64,000 nt of DNA. Source: Aulosira sp. ZfuVER01 (GTDB lineage: Bacteria; Cyanobacteriota; Cyanobacteriia; Cyanobacteriales; Nostocaceae). The notes beneath the pieces are model-generated. The model was not told where the DNA came from. It saw only the letters and a list, made by a program, of their open reading frames with translations, and ran no database searches. The DNA lies in the NCBI GenBank assembly GCA_034530615.2, contig JAVRCV020000049.1, positions 128,001 through 192,000 on the forward strand, given 5' to 3'. A program made the position numbers and the translations under genes. Position 1 is the first letter of the stretch. Each line of letters begins with the position of its first letter. Positions 41,754 to 52,700 of the stretch are shown in pieces.

Positions 41754-43001
41754 TTAGACGTACTTTTTAAAGGCTAGCGTGACATTGTGACCGCCAAACC
41801 CAAATGAATTAGATAGTGCCACGTTGACTTGTTGGGCGCGGCTGGTGTTAGGAATATAATCCAGGTCACAATCTGGATCGGGATTTTCTAAATTAATTGT
41901 TGGTGGAACTCGATCGTTGGCAACCGCCAGTACTGTGGCTACGGCTTCAATACCTCCAGAACCGCCCAAAAGATGACCTGTCATCGATTTGGTAGAGCTG
42001 ATAGCCACCTTATAGGCATGGTCGCCCAAAGCTTTTTTCATCGCAGCTGTTTCAGTGCCATCATTAGCTGGGGTGCTAGTGCCGTGAGCATTGATGTAGT
42101 TCACCATCTCTGGGGTGAGTCCCCCATCTTTCAGTGCTATTTCTATGGCTCTGGCTGCTCCTAACCCGCCAGGGACTGGGGAGGTCATATGATAAGCATC
42201 ACAGGTCATCCCATAACCGACCATTTCTGCATAAATGCGAGCGCCTCGACTCAGGGCGTGTTCGAGTTCTTCTAGCAGCAAAATTCCCGCCCCTTCACCC
42301 ATGACAAATCCATCGCGATCGCGGTCAAACGGACGGCAAGCATTAGCTGGGTCATTGCGAGTCGAAAGTGCCCTAGCTGCGGCAAATCCAGCTACACCCA
42401 AGGGTGTAATCGCCGCTTCACACCCGCCGCAAATCATGGCTTTGGCATACCCCCATTGAATCTGGCGAAAAGCGTCCCCGATGGCATTAGAACCAGCAGC
42501 ACAAGCAGTCACAGAGCAGGAATTAGGGCCTTTAGCTCCCGTATGAATCGCTGTTAATCCAGCTGCCATATTGGCAATCATCATGGGAATCATGAACGGA
42601 CTACAGCGGTCGGGGCCGCGGTTCAGGTAAACTGTTTGCTGGTCTTCTAAAACCTTTAGTCCACCAATACCAGAACCAATAATAACGCCCACTTGTTCTG
42701 CATTCAGTTCATCAATCGCTAAATGCGCGTCAGATACAGCTTGTTTTGCAGCCGCAACCCCAAATTGAGAAAACCGATCCATGCGCTTGGCGTCTTTGCG
42801 GTCTAAGTAATCGTGTGGATCGAAGTTTTTGACCTCACCAGCAATGCGGCAATCATGGCGCGATGCATCAAAGGCGGTGATGTAGTCAATGCCATTACGA
42901 CCACTCAACAATCCTTCCCAATACTCAGCTGGTGTGTTACCAATCGGTGTAATCGCGCCAACACCAGTTACCACAACGCGCTTACGTTTATAATCTGTCA
43001 T
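41754..43001 (-). CDS. fabF: Beta-ketoacyl-ACP synthase II
   Basis: TACA catalytic Cys, NAHGTST, KSMTGHLLG, SNSFGFGGHN. Confidence 0.98.
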   Translation of the reverse strand: MTDYKRKRVVVTGVGAITPIGNTPAEYWEGLLSGRNGIDYITAFDASRHDCRIAGEVKNFDPHDYLDRKDAKRMDRFSQFGVAAAKQAVSDAHLAIDELNAEQVGVIIGSGIGGLKVLEDQQTVYLNRGPDRCSPFMIPMMIANMAAGLTAIHTGAKGPNSCSVTACAAGSNAIGDAFRQIQWGYAKAMICGGCEAAITPLGVAGFAAARALSTRNDPANACRPFDRDRDGFVMGEGAGILLLEELEHALSRGARIYAEMVGYGMTCDAYHMTSPVPGGLGAARAIEIALKDGGLTPEMVNYINAHGTSTPANDGTETAAMKKALGDHAYKVAISSTKSMTGHLLGGSGGIEAVATVLAVANDRVPPTINLENPDPDCDLDYIPNTSRAQQVNVALSNSFGFGGHNVTLAFKKYV

Positions 43002-43122
43002 GACTAAGTTAAAGGTGGCGAGAAAGCAGCAAAAAGGGAGTACTAAAGATTAGGGACTGGGAACTTAGGGAATGGAGTTTTTCCTGCTCCCCAATTCCCA
43101 AGCCTCGATCCCCAATCGCTTT

Positions 43123-43374
43123 TCAGGCAGATGCAGCAGCTTTGCTGTTGATATAGTCGACTGCCTCTTGAACCGATAAAATCTTTTCGGCGGCTTCATC
43201 GGGAATTTCAATATCAAATTCTTCTTCAAAAGCCATTACTAGTTCCACAATATCTAGGGAATCTGCCCCTAAATCATCAATAAACGTGGATTGTGGTCTG
43301 ATAGTATCAGCCTCAACACCTAGTTGTTCGGCGACGACTTTCTTAACTCTTTCAAAAACTTCGGCTTGGCTCAT
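43123..43374 (-). CDS. acpP: Acyl carrier protein
   Basis: DLGADSLD phosphopantetheine motif. Confidence 0.98.
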   Translation of the reverse strand: MSQAEVFERVKKVVAEQLGVEADTIRPQSTFIDDLGADSLDIVELVMAFEEEFDIEIPDEAAEKILSVQEAVDYINSKAAASA

Positions 43375-43674
43375 AGATAAAAGTCCTTAACCAGTTGCTA
43401 CGATCTGCTCTTTATAGGCGACATTGTTTTGAGCATATACATCTTATCGGAAAGCGCGATCGCCCGTATACGGCCGAAGAATTTTCCTTCTGCAAGGTTG
43501 GGCAATAGAAACCCTATGCAATCGCATACACTCTCAACATCTGTCTATTTTGCAATTCTTACTGATTTTTTTTACAATGTCCAAATCCGGATACATAGCC
43601 TTGCAAGCTACACTGGCAAGGTACGAACAAAAATTTATTGTTGAGAGCTGTTGCCCTCAACCAGATATACTTAT

Positions 43675-44580
43675 ATGCTATCTCAAACGCTGAAATACGC
43701 TTACTTTCCTGGGTGTGTTGCTCAAGGTGCTTGTCGAGAACTTTACCAATCTACTCAAGCCTTAACCCAAGCATTAGGAATTCAACTAATTGAACTCAAA
43801 AAAGCAGCTTGCTGCGGTTCGGGAACATTTAAAGAAGATTCCCAACTGTTAGAAGATACAGTTAATGCCCGGAATATTGCTTTAGCAGAAGAGTTAAATT
43901 TACCTCTACTTACCCATTGCAGCACTTGTCAAGGTGTTATCGGTCATGTCGATGAACGGCTCAAAGAATGTCGGACAAAAAAACCGGAATATCTTGAGCA
44001 AGTAAATGGTTTGCTTACAAAAGAAGGTTGTTCACCATATCGCGGTAGTACGGAAGTTAAACATCTTCTCTATGCCTTAGTCACAGATTACGGTTTGGAA
44101 GAAATTACTAAACGTGTCACCCGCAAGTTGACTGGATTAAAATGTGCGGCGTTTTATGGTTGTTATCTCCTCCGCGCTCAACAATCCATGCCCTATGATG
44201 ACCCCTTCCGTCCAGAAGCGATGGAAAATGTTTTTCGTGCAGTGGGTGCAGAACCAATTTATTATCGAGGTCGCACCCAATGTTGCGGTTGGCCACTAGC
44301 CAGCTACGCCACTACCCAATCTTTTAAGATGGCGGGGATGCATATTCAAGATGCTTTAGCTGCTGGTGCTGATTGTTTAGTTACTCCTTGTCCTTTGTGT
44401 CACCTCAATTTAGATTCTCGTCAGCCAGAAGTAGAAAAGGTAATTGAGAAAAAGCTAGGTTTACCAGTGTTACATTTACCCCAGTTAATTGCTTTGGCAT
44501 TAGGAGTTAGTCCTAAAGAATTGGGTTTGGAACGTCACATTGTTTCAACAAAGCCAGTGTTAGAAAAATTAGGGTTTTAA
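43675..44580 (+). CDS. HdrB-like CCG-domain protein (cyanobacterial succinate dehydrogenase anchor-type subunit)
   Basis: YFPGC, CCG, CSTC; FYGC, CCG, CPLC tandem CCG domains. Confidence 0.88.
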   Translation: MLSQTLKYAYFPGCVAQGACRELYQSTQALTQALGIQLIELKKAACCGSGTFKEDSQLLEDTVNARNIALAEELNLPLLTHCSTCQGVIGHVDERLKECRTKKPEYLEQVNGLLTKEGCSPYRGSTEVKHLLYALVTDYGLEEITKRVTRKLTGLKCAAFYGCYLLRAQQSMPYDDPFRPEAMENVFRAVGAEPIYYRGRTQCCGWPLASYATTQSFKMAGMHIQDALAAGADCLVTPCPLCHLNLDSRQPEVEKVIEKKLGLPVLHLPQLIALALGVSPKELGLERHIVSTKPVLEKLGF

Positions 44581-44624
44581 TTAAAAATCCTAATCGTCTA
44601 TGCGATCAATTTTGATCTACTGCA

Positions 44625-44657
44625 AGAACCCCGACTTCTTTAAGAAGTCGGGGTTCT
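44625..44657. terminator. Perfect 16-bp inverted repeat between convergent genes (likely bidirectional terminator/repeat)
   Basis: AGAACCCCGACTTCTT-T-AAGAAGTCGGGGTTCT. Confidence 0.75.
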
Positions 44658-44676
44658 GACCCCAGGTAATTCTTAA

Positions 44677-45180
44677 TTACGAATTAGTATCAGACCAGAC
44701 ATCAACTGTTTCTTTCGACTCTGAACCAGCAATCTCTCCTTTGCTCTCTCCCAAATTAATTTTGACTACTTTTTGTTTGACTTCTTCTACTTTAGGTAGT
44801 GTTAAAGTCAAAATACCATTCTTCAAATCGGCTTGTACTTGGTCGTTTTTAATTGGTACAGGTAAAGAAACTATCCGTTGAAACTTACCATAGCGGAACT
44901 CAGAACGGAAATAACCTTTCTGTTGTGTTTTCCTTTCTTGCCGAGTTTCACCAGCAATAGAAACTGCTTCTCTGGTTACATGAATATCTAAATCTTTGCC
45001 TTCAATACCTGGAATTTCGGCTCGCAAAATCAGGCTTTCGTTAGTATCTTGCAATTCAATCGCCGGAGTCCAAGTTTGTGCGATCTGAGCGTTAACGCTT
45101 CCTAATTCATCAAACATTTTATCCATTTGACGGCGGAGAGTTTCCATTTCTGAAAAGGGTTGCCAACGAACTAATACCAT
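44677..45180 (-). CDS. Small heat shock protein (Hsp20/HspA family)
   Basis: W.PAIEL, AEIPG, SEFRYGKF.R...LP, A...NG.L.LTLPK. Confidence 0.95.
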   Translation of the reverse strand: MVLVRWQPFSEMETLRRQMDKMFDELGSVNAQIAQTWTPAIELQDTNESLILRAEIPGIEGKDLDIHVTREAVSIAGETRQERKTQQKGYFRSEFRYGKFQRIVSLPVPIKNDQVQADLKNGILTLTLPKVEEVKQKVVKINLGESKGEIAGSESKETVDVWSDTNS

Positions 45181-45385
45181 AAGTTGATTAACCTCCAGAG
45201 AATCAATACTATTAACTAAATTTGGGAACCAGGTAATTGGTAATTTAGAAAGTTTTTGTTTGGCGTTTTGTTATCGCCTATGTATATATATTGGATTAAA
45301 CTCAAAATTTAGTTATTGGGGGAAACCCTACTTAAGGTAGTAGTGCTTCCCAGAAAAGAGCGATCGCTTAACCGCGAACTGGAAA

Positions 45386-46423
45386 TTATTCTTGGCGTTG
45401 TAACTGCTTCAGCAATTTATACATTTCTGGTAGGCGATTATAAATCGCACATACCTTGAGATATATTTTGTGAGGAATGGCGGGAGTACCAGAGACAATT
45501 TCTCCTGGTGCAACATCATTGTGAACTCCGGCTTGTGCAGATGCGATCGCACCGTCACCAATTTTGACTTGATTGGCAATTCCTGTTTGTCCAGCCAAGA
45601 TCACGCGATTACCAACTTGCACGCCTCCGGCCATCCCCGCTTGGCCGGCTATTGCACAGCCTGCACCAATTTTGCAACCATGACCGATTTGGACTAAGTT
45701 GTCGATTATTGTATCTCGACCTACCCGTGTTTCTCCTACAGCGGGGCGGTCAATGGCACTGTTGCAGCCAACTTCTACCCGATCTTCTAAGACAGTGTAA
45801 CCAGATTGTTCCATTTTCACCCAACCAGTACGGGTAGGAACATAGCCAAAGCCTTCTGCACCAATGACAGCGCCGCTATGAATCATGCAATCTGCACCAA
45901 TTTGAGTGCGTTCGTGAATGGTACAGTTAGCGTGTAAGGTAGTGCGATCGCCAATCGTCACGTCTGGATAAATCACTACATTAGGATGAATAATCGCACC
46001 ATTGCCAATTTTCACCCGTGGCTGAATCACTACGTGGGGGCCAATATAAACGTCGCTGCCAATTTCTGCACTGGGGTGAATTACAGCCGTGGGATGAATT
46101 TCCGCACTGGGACGGTATGGTTGGTAGAAAAGTGCGATCGCTTTAGCAAACAACAATCGTGGTTCTGGTGTGGCTATCCAGACAATACTGCGTTCTTGTG
46201 CTTGCAATTGTAATGTTTTGTCCTGAGGCAAAATTAATGCACTAGCATTTGTCTTACCCACCCAAGAAAAAAATTTTGGCCCTTCTACATAGCTGAGAGT
46301 ACCGCTAGTAGCTTCATCAATGGCTGCTAACGCTGTAATCTCTGGGTCATGGTTTTGGTTGGCGGTCAGACTATGGCTAGTAACGATGTCACCAAGCCGA
46401 CTAACAATTTCGCTGAATTTCAT
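45386..46423 (-). CDS. lpxD: UDP-3-O-acylglucosamine N-acyltransferase
   Basis: LpxD N-domain plus hexapeptide repeats; IG.EGFG, IDR, IDNLVQIGH. Confidence 0.95.
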   Translation of the reverse strand: MKFSEIVSRLGDIVTSHSLTANQNHDPEITALAAIDEATSGTLSYVEGPKFFSWVGKTNASALILPQDKTLQLQAQERSIVWIATPEPRLLFAKAIALFYQPYRPSAEIHPTAVIHPSAEIGSDVYIGPHVVIQPRVKIGNGAIIHPNVVIYPDVTIGDRTTLHANCTIHERTQIGADCMIHSGAVIGAEGFGYVPTRTGWVKMEQSGYTVLEDRVEVGCNSAIDRPAVGETRVGRDTIIDNLVQIGHGCKIGAGCAIAGQAGMAGGVQVGNRVILAGQTGIANQVKIGDGAIASAQAGVHNDVAPGEIVSGTPAIPHKIYLKVCAIYNRLPEMYKLLKQLQRQE

Positions 46424-46758
46424 TGGTATTTATTCATCAGTCATCTATAAAGGCAAGATAATTGTCGCTCTTTGTCGCCAAGATGTTCATGATTTATACC
46501 TGCGAATTTCATATTGCACCATAACGCGCAGCCTTCCCTGCTGACTCATAGGTGTTCTTTTGCGTAAGTCCTCTGTGCCCTTAACCGAGGTTATGCAGAA
46601 CTTGTGGCTGGTTTTTTATAAAGGGTTGTGAGCCACAAATATAACTTACTCTTGAAGTTCAAATGTAGTCATTGCCCACCATATCTACCTGTATTTCAAA
46701 GATTTAAAGATGAATTCTCTAGTAAACATGGTGGTTTCAATGAAGAAAAATTGCTGTA

Positions 46759-48519
46759 TTATCCCTCAAACAAGCGATCGCCTTTTTGTAATCGTTCAGC
46801 AATTTGATAGGTTTGTCCTTGCGATCGCATTGTGGGTGAGTGTGCTGCTAAATACCGCGCTGCCGCTACCAGTACGTGAATACCAGCATCCGTATGACCC
46901 AACAAGGAGTATTGCCGAAAGGCTGCTTCTATTTCTTGAATCACATGAAAATTGCGGTTTTCTCGCAACATTAATTTACCTAACATTGCCATTAGTCGCT
47001 CAACAGCACCACCACTGTACAAATAACGAGCCACTAACTTGCCTGTCTCATTCACTTGTTGCTGGCGATCCAATAAATCTGGTAGTTGCTTGAGCAATTC
47101 TGCGGGATTTTGTACGAGGTCTTTGGGTTCTGGAAGTCGCGCTGGTGGCACATTTAAGAATCGATTTAAATACACGCTCATAGCAGCATCAAACACACCC
47201 CGCAGCAGTTCTACTGAAGGCACTCGTCGCAATCCTTGATGCACTGCATTGGCGAAGGTAAAGGGATGATGTGCGGAATCCCAGTCGCTAAAGTCGTTAT
47301 TGGTATGGAAACGAGCTACGCGCAAAGCAGCAGCATAAGTAACTACACTAGCTAATTGCTCCTCAGTACAACCAGATTGCAGGGCATTGAGAAGAGAATT
47401 TGCGATCGCTTGTGGATCTTCACCTAATAAAATTGGTACTAATTCATCTTGACCTGACCAAGTTCCCCTTTGCGGTTCTCCTGTAGCTAAAGCCGTAGGT
47501 AACTGCTCAAAAGCAGAGCTTAAAATTGCCACCAAATCTACAGGATAGCGCCAAGAATTTGATTCTTCCATGCGAGATGCACTTGCTAAACCAGAAACTA
47601 AACTGGCTAAAATTGACTCTGCACCTTGCCAGTCAACAACATCCAGTGCTTCCAGTGCTTTGTTGATAAAGTCGAGTGTATGACCAATATCGATGTAGCG
47701 GTGGTCTGTAGCTGCTGTGAACAGCATATCTGCAATTTGCTCGGAAGTAGCACCCATGCGAATTGCACTCACCAAACACCTTTGTGCTGCTTCACTATCC
47801 CGCACTTCAATAAACTGGCAAAACCAGCTTTTCAGGGTCTTGAGGTCTACATTGGAATTTGGCAATGGGTGTACTACAAACTGCGGTGGCGCACCCGCAC
47901 TGTCATTAGCTACCGCGGAAAGTCCCTGAAAAAGAGCGCGGGGTTTGTCTTCTGCATCAAGATAAGGCAGTAGATTCATCATGCAGGTGTGGATGGTTAA
48001 GCCTGTACTCCATCCCGCTTTGTTATAACGAACGCCAAATTCCAATCCCATCTGGAATGGTTCAGTCGCATCCGTTCCCATGTCTAATAGGGCGATGGTT
48101 GATTTAGCAATAACTAAGGAAATGCTCTGTTCTAAACCATCTTGAAGACGCTGGCGTTGGTGAGTATAGGGGTTAGCTGGGGGAGCAAGATTGATCCACA
48201 CTTCCCCATCGCGGATTTCTACAGGAAAAGCGGGGACATCATCAGCCCAGGAATCGAAGGTTCCGCCACTAGCAAGGTCAAAGCGGGCATAATGCCAAGG
48301 ACAGGTAACAATCCCATCCTTGCAAGTACTTCCATGTAAAGGAAAACCCATGTGAGGGCAACGGTTATCAATTGCATAAACTTGATTATCAGAATAAAAC
48401 AGCACTATGGTGTGATTTGCGCTGCGAACCACTAAGCTACCTGCTTTTTGCACATCTGCAAGTTTAGCAACCCGAACATATTGATCTGTATGGGTTGGAG
48501 CGTCAAATATTTGAGTCAT
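46759..48519 (-). CDS. Rieske [2Fe-2S] domain protein with a helical-repeat C-terminus
   Basis: CPH...CPWH Rieske motif at the N-terminus; ~470 aa helical remainder. Confidence 0.85.
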   Translation of the reverse strand: MTQIFDAPTHTDQYVRVAKLADVQKAGSLVVRSANHTIVLFYSDNQVYAIDNRCPHMGFPLHGSTCKDGIVTCPWHYARFDLASGGTFDSWADDVPAFPVEIRDGEVWINLAPPANPYTHQRQRLQDGLEQSISLVIAKSTIALLDMGTDATEPFQMGLEFGVRYNKAGWSTGLTIHTCMMNLLPYLDAEDKPRALFQGLSAVANDSAGAPPQFVVHPLPNSNVDLKTLKSWFCQFIEVRDSEAAQRCLVSAIRMGATSEQIADMLFTAATDHRYIDIGHTLDFINKALEALDVVDWQGAESILASLVSGLASASRMEESNSWRYPVDLVAILSSAFEQLPTALATGEPQRGTWSGQDELVPILLGEDPQAIANSLLNALQSGCTEEQLASVVTYAAALRVARFHTNNDFSDWDSAHHPFTFANAVHQGLRRVPSVELLRGVFDAAMSVYLNRFLNVPPARLPEPKDLVQNPAELLKQLPDLLDRQQQVNETGKLVARYLYSGGAVERLMAMLGKLMLRENRNFHVIQEIEAAFRQYSLLGHTDAGIHVLVAAARYLAAHSPTMRSQGQTYQIAERLQKGDRLFEG

Positions 48520-48754
48520 TTAAGTTGTCAGAAAAACTCCTATCTCCACTCTGACGAACTTTCAACTGTTTGAGCAGCTATCTACCCTAATTTTTGTTAA
48601 CGCAAAAGTAGCGATCGCCATCTTTGCCAGACTTCATTCAAAGTATCGTGCCTTTTCGCAGATTTTGAAAAATAGCTGAATTAGTGTAGCGGGCGATCGC
48701 TCTGCCAGATACCTCAAGAAATTATTTGAATACCCAACACTAAGTCCTCTTCTA

Positions 48755-49291
48755 CTATTTAGCGGTGATTAGCTGTCCTGTAAAGAAGGTTGTTCCTCCA
48801 TCTTGTCCATTACCGGATAGTGGATTACTTTTTAGATCAAACAGATGAAGCGAGATTGTTCCTTGTACAGTTTGAGTTGTGGGATTAAACGTAGCGTGAT
48901 AATCAACTCTAGCGATGCCTGTACCGCCTTGATTTGAGAGAGAAAAATCGATAGCTCTAGCAGTAATCTCCTTATTTCCAGTACACACCCAAGTTCCCTG
49001 AAGAGTGGTAAAAGGATTAAATACCCCTGACAAACCACCTTGGTTTGAGTCCCCGGCAATAAAGTTGCCTTCCTTGGTAAGAGTGATCAGCCCACGTGAA
49101 GCAAATTTTCCATTGCTGTCTTTGATTGTCGTCAGATATGTACCAGTAACAACCTTACTGCAAACTGCACGTTCAGAATTGATATCAAATACAGATTCAG
49201 CCTTTACCTTGCGGATGCTCCAGATATCAGAAATGCTCATTGCGGAAAGCACGCCCATTGTCAATCCTAGGAAAGTTTTATGAATTTTCAT
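48755..49291 (-). CDS. Putative secreted beta-strand-rich hypothetical protein
   Basis: Signal-peptide-like N-terminus (MKIHKTFLGLTMG...VKA); GTY and GTW motifs; alternating strands. Confidence 0.65.
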   Translation of the reverse strand: MKIHKTFLGLTMGVLSAMSISDIWSIRKVKAESVFDINSERAVCSKVVTGTYLTTIKDSNGKFASRGLITLTKEGNFIAGDSNQGGLSGVFNPFTTLQGTWVCTGNKEITARAIDFSLSNQGGTGIARVDYHATFNPTTQTVQGTISLHLFDLKSNPLSGNGQDGGTTFFTGQLITAK

Positions 49292-49577
49292 GGTACAAAC
49301 TACAGCAGAGAATTTACGCAACTATACTTAGAAATATACTTGGAAGTAAGAAACACCCTTGATAAATTTTGGTTAACCTTTAGTTAAAGAAGGCTTTGCC
49401 CGAATAGCACACTTGTTGGGGTAGTGTTACAAACAGTACGCCTTATGTGAATTAAAAACGCCCAAGCTATAGCAAGGGTTTTAAGCTGCGGTTTAGCCAA
49501 GATTTTCAGCCATGTTGACGTATTTATGTCTTTCCAGACTATAACTCACATAAGCCGTACAATAGAACGTAATACCA

Positions 49578-49617
49578 GGGCAAACGCATCTTATTTACTA
49601 ATAAGATGCGTTTGCCC
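49578..49617. terminator. Perfect 18-bp hairpin downstream of the Pix cluster
   Basis: GGGCAAACGCATCTTATT-TACT-AATAAGATGCGTTTGCCC. Confidence 0.65.
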
Positions 49618-49727
49618 CGATCGACATCCTGATTTGAAGTGCCGGGCTAATAGCCAAAATTCACTTACGCTATTAGCCTTGGAATTAATTCCAAGGTGGG
49701 ATAACTCAAATTGAATTAGTATTAACC

Positions 49728-52700
49728 TTATTGACTAATAACTAAATTATGAGATTGTTCGCTTTGCTTATTAATTAACTCTGCGACTATCGAAATTAAC
49801 TTATCTTCTAAATATGGCTTATTTAAGTAAGCTGTTGCACCTAAAGATTCAGCAAGTTGGCGATGTTTTTCTGCACTGCGAGAAGTGAGAATTACTATAG
49901 GAATTTCGGCAAAGCTTGGGTTATGACGCACATGAGATAAAAGTTCAAACCCATTCATGCGTGGCATTTCTAAATCGGAAATCACTACCTGAATTTCAGG
50001 ATGCATCTGCAATTGCTCTAAAGCTTCTACACCATTTTGGGCTTGTAATACTTGATAGCCAGATTTTTGGAGAGTTAGAGAAAGAGTTTGGCGTAGACTA
50101 ATTGCATCATCTACTATTAACAGCACCTTTGATGAGTTGAGCTTAGTGTCTGTGCTAGGAGAAGGAGCTAGTAAAGGTGTAGAGTTAGAAGTTAAACCCG
50201 ACAGAGTTAAGGCTTTTTTATTTGTTAAATAAGCTGTTGATGATACAGTACTCTCCAGTGTTGCTTGCATTTCGTAAGACTCTAGCAACAAAGTAGGATC
50301 GATAACTAATATGAGATTACCACTAGCTAAACTACTGCAACCATAAATATATCTTGGTGGAGCGATCGCACTTCCTAAAGGTCGAATTACTAGTTCTTGT
50401 TCGCCAATAATTTGGTCAACTTCTAAACCAAAGATTTCTTGATTATGCCGTAGCAATAGCACAGGATGCTGGGTAATTCCTATATCATGGAGAGTTGATA
50501 TATTATTTAAAGCAATACTATTGCAAAATGAACTACTATAATACATTAACTCAGAAATTGGACGGAGACTGACAATACGTTCATCTTCCCCAGAGTTATA
50601 ATATAATAATTTTTTACCTTCAAATTCTTTAATTTGCTGCTCTGAAGGAATCAAGATTTTTTCGACATTATCCAAGAGTAAAGCATAAACAACACCACCT
50701 GCTTGCACTAGCATTAATTTGTCGGTAGTCATAGAAAAAGGAATTTTTAGGATGAATTTTGTGCCTTGGTTAGGCAATGATTTAACTGAAAAAGAGCCGT
50801 TTAGAGATTGTATTTGAGAACGCACAATATCTAAACCCATACCACGTCCAGAAATTTCGCTTACCTGCTCGACTGTTGTGAATCCAGGTGAAAACATCAG
50901 CTCTAAAAGCTCTGATTCAGTGGCGCGAGAAACATAGTCTTCTTCTGGTGGTATAAGATTTAGCTCAATAGCTCTTTTACGAATTTTTTCTAAATTCAAA
51001 CCTTGTCCATCATCTCGAACTTCAATAATCGTTTGGCTACCCTGGTTATAAGCACGAATTTCAATTAAAGCTTGTGCTGATTTACCCAAAGATTGGCGAA
51101 CTTGAGGTGTTTCAATACCATGATCGAAAGCATTACGTACCAAATGTAACAGAGGCTCGTAAAGTTTTTCTGCGATCGCTTTATCTACTAGTACTTCTGT
51201 ACCTGTAAGTTTCAATTCTACAAGTTTGTTATAAACATTTCCCATCTTTTTTACCATCTGCGGGAAACGATTGAGGATGTTACCTAAAGGTGACATCCTT
51301 GCTTCTACTAAATTATCAATAATATTCAGTGTTAATCGCTGTTTTTTGTCACCAAGTTGAGTAGCTTGGTTCAGCAGTAAATCTAAAGATTCTGTAATTT
51401 CTTGAAGTTGCAGATTTTCTTCCATTGCCTCGTGCAACTTCATCTGAAATTCTGTATACATATCCATTTCTAAAGCATCAAATTTCACAGTTGCAAAATT
51501 TCGATTATGTTGTAAGCCAGCATTTTGCATCTGGAAGGGTAAATCACCCAATTGATTTAAAATTATTTGTTGTTTGGCGATCCGCTGGAATAATTGCTCA
51601 ATTATTTCTTGAAGTTGTTCATCCTGTAATATCCGCTGTTTTTGCTTAATTAGTAGTTCGCCTGCTAAGTAATTAAGGCGTTGTAAGCCTTCAGTATCTA
51701 CTCGGACAAATGAATGGTGTCGAGAGCTTTTTTGAGAGGAATTTGGTAATTTACCTTTAATTTCCCTTTCGTTGTGAATAGCAGAATTAGCAATATCTGT
51801 ATCTACTATCTGTGTAACAGATTCCTCAAGTTGAGTCTCCGCAATTTCATGGATATGGTTAAAATTAGCTTCTCCTCCCCAAATAGTTTCTAAGAGATGC
51901 TCGGTTTCTGGAAGAGCTTTTTCTTGAAAAACTAACAGGGTTTTAAATTTAGGATTATCAATCCAATTTTTTTCTTGGGCTGTAACAGGGGGAAATTTTT
52001 TATATTCTTTAGCTAATTTACCAATTTGCTGTTGTAATGTTTGGATTACAGAAATATCATTATTTACTTGTTCATTGGTGTAATAAAATTTCACAACAGC
52101 CAGGATGATTGTTAGTATCACACCTTGGCGATAAAGGTAAAGGCTTTGGCTATCTTCTGCTTCTTGTACAAATTCTAAAAATTTACTTAACCAATTTTCA
52201 ATATAACCAATAGAATCTTCTTGCCCAGAAGCAATAAGTAGAGCCAAATTAAGTTTTTCTTTGCTAATTTCCATCTGGTGATTGAACCATCCGAAAATGT
52301 AGCGAATAACTTTAATATAAAACTTAGCTTTTGCTGGCTTGAGAGGTTGGTTTTTAGTGTTGCCAGATGTAGTTAAAAATTTATATAGTTCCTTGATTTC
52401 ATTTCTTAAAGAAGTAGTACTAACATATTGTTTTGTAACTGGAGAAAAATCATCTGTTATTACTTGTGTGAAATTTTGCAAAGCAGGATCGATTTCGCCA
52501 CCAAAAGTGCGATCGCCTGCTAATACAGATGCTTGCGCCTGCTGTAAATTTGCCAGAGCAACCTTCCCAATTTGATGTGCCTGCTTGGGGTTAGCTTGGA
52601 GTGCGGCGATAATTGTTTGAGCGATCGCACCAAATCCTGGTAAATTTAAAGATTCTGCCAACCCAATAAATACTTCAGCTTGAGAGTTGAGCAACTGCGC

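Noticed and set aside
46561..46572. TGCGTAAGTCCT, resembling a Nostoc repeat/MITE terminus
   Set aside because: No matching opposite end found nearby; cannot define an element.
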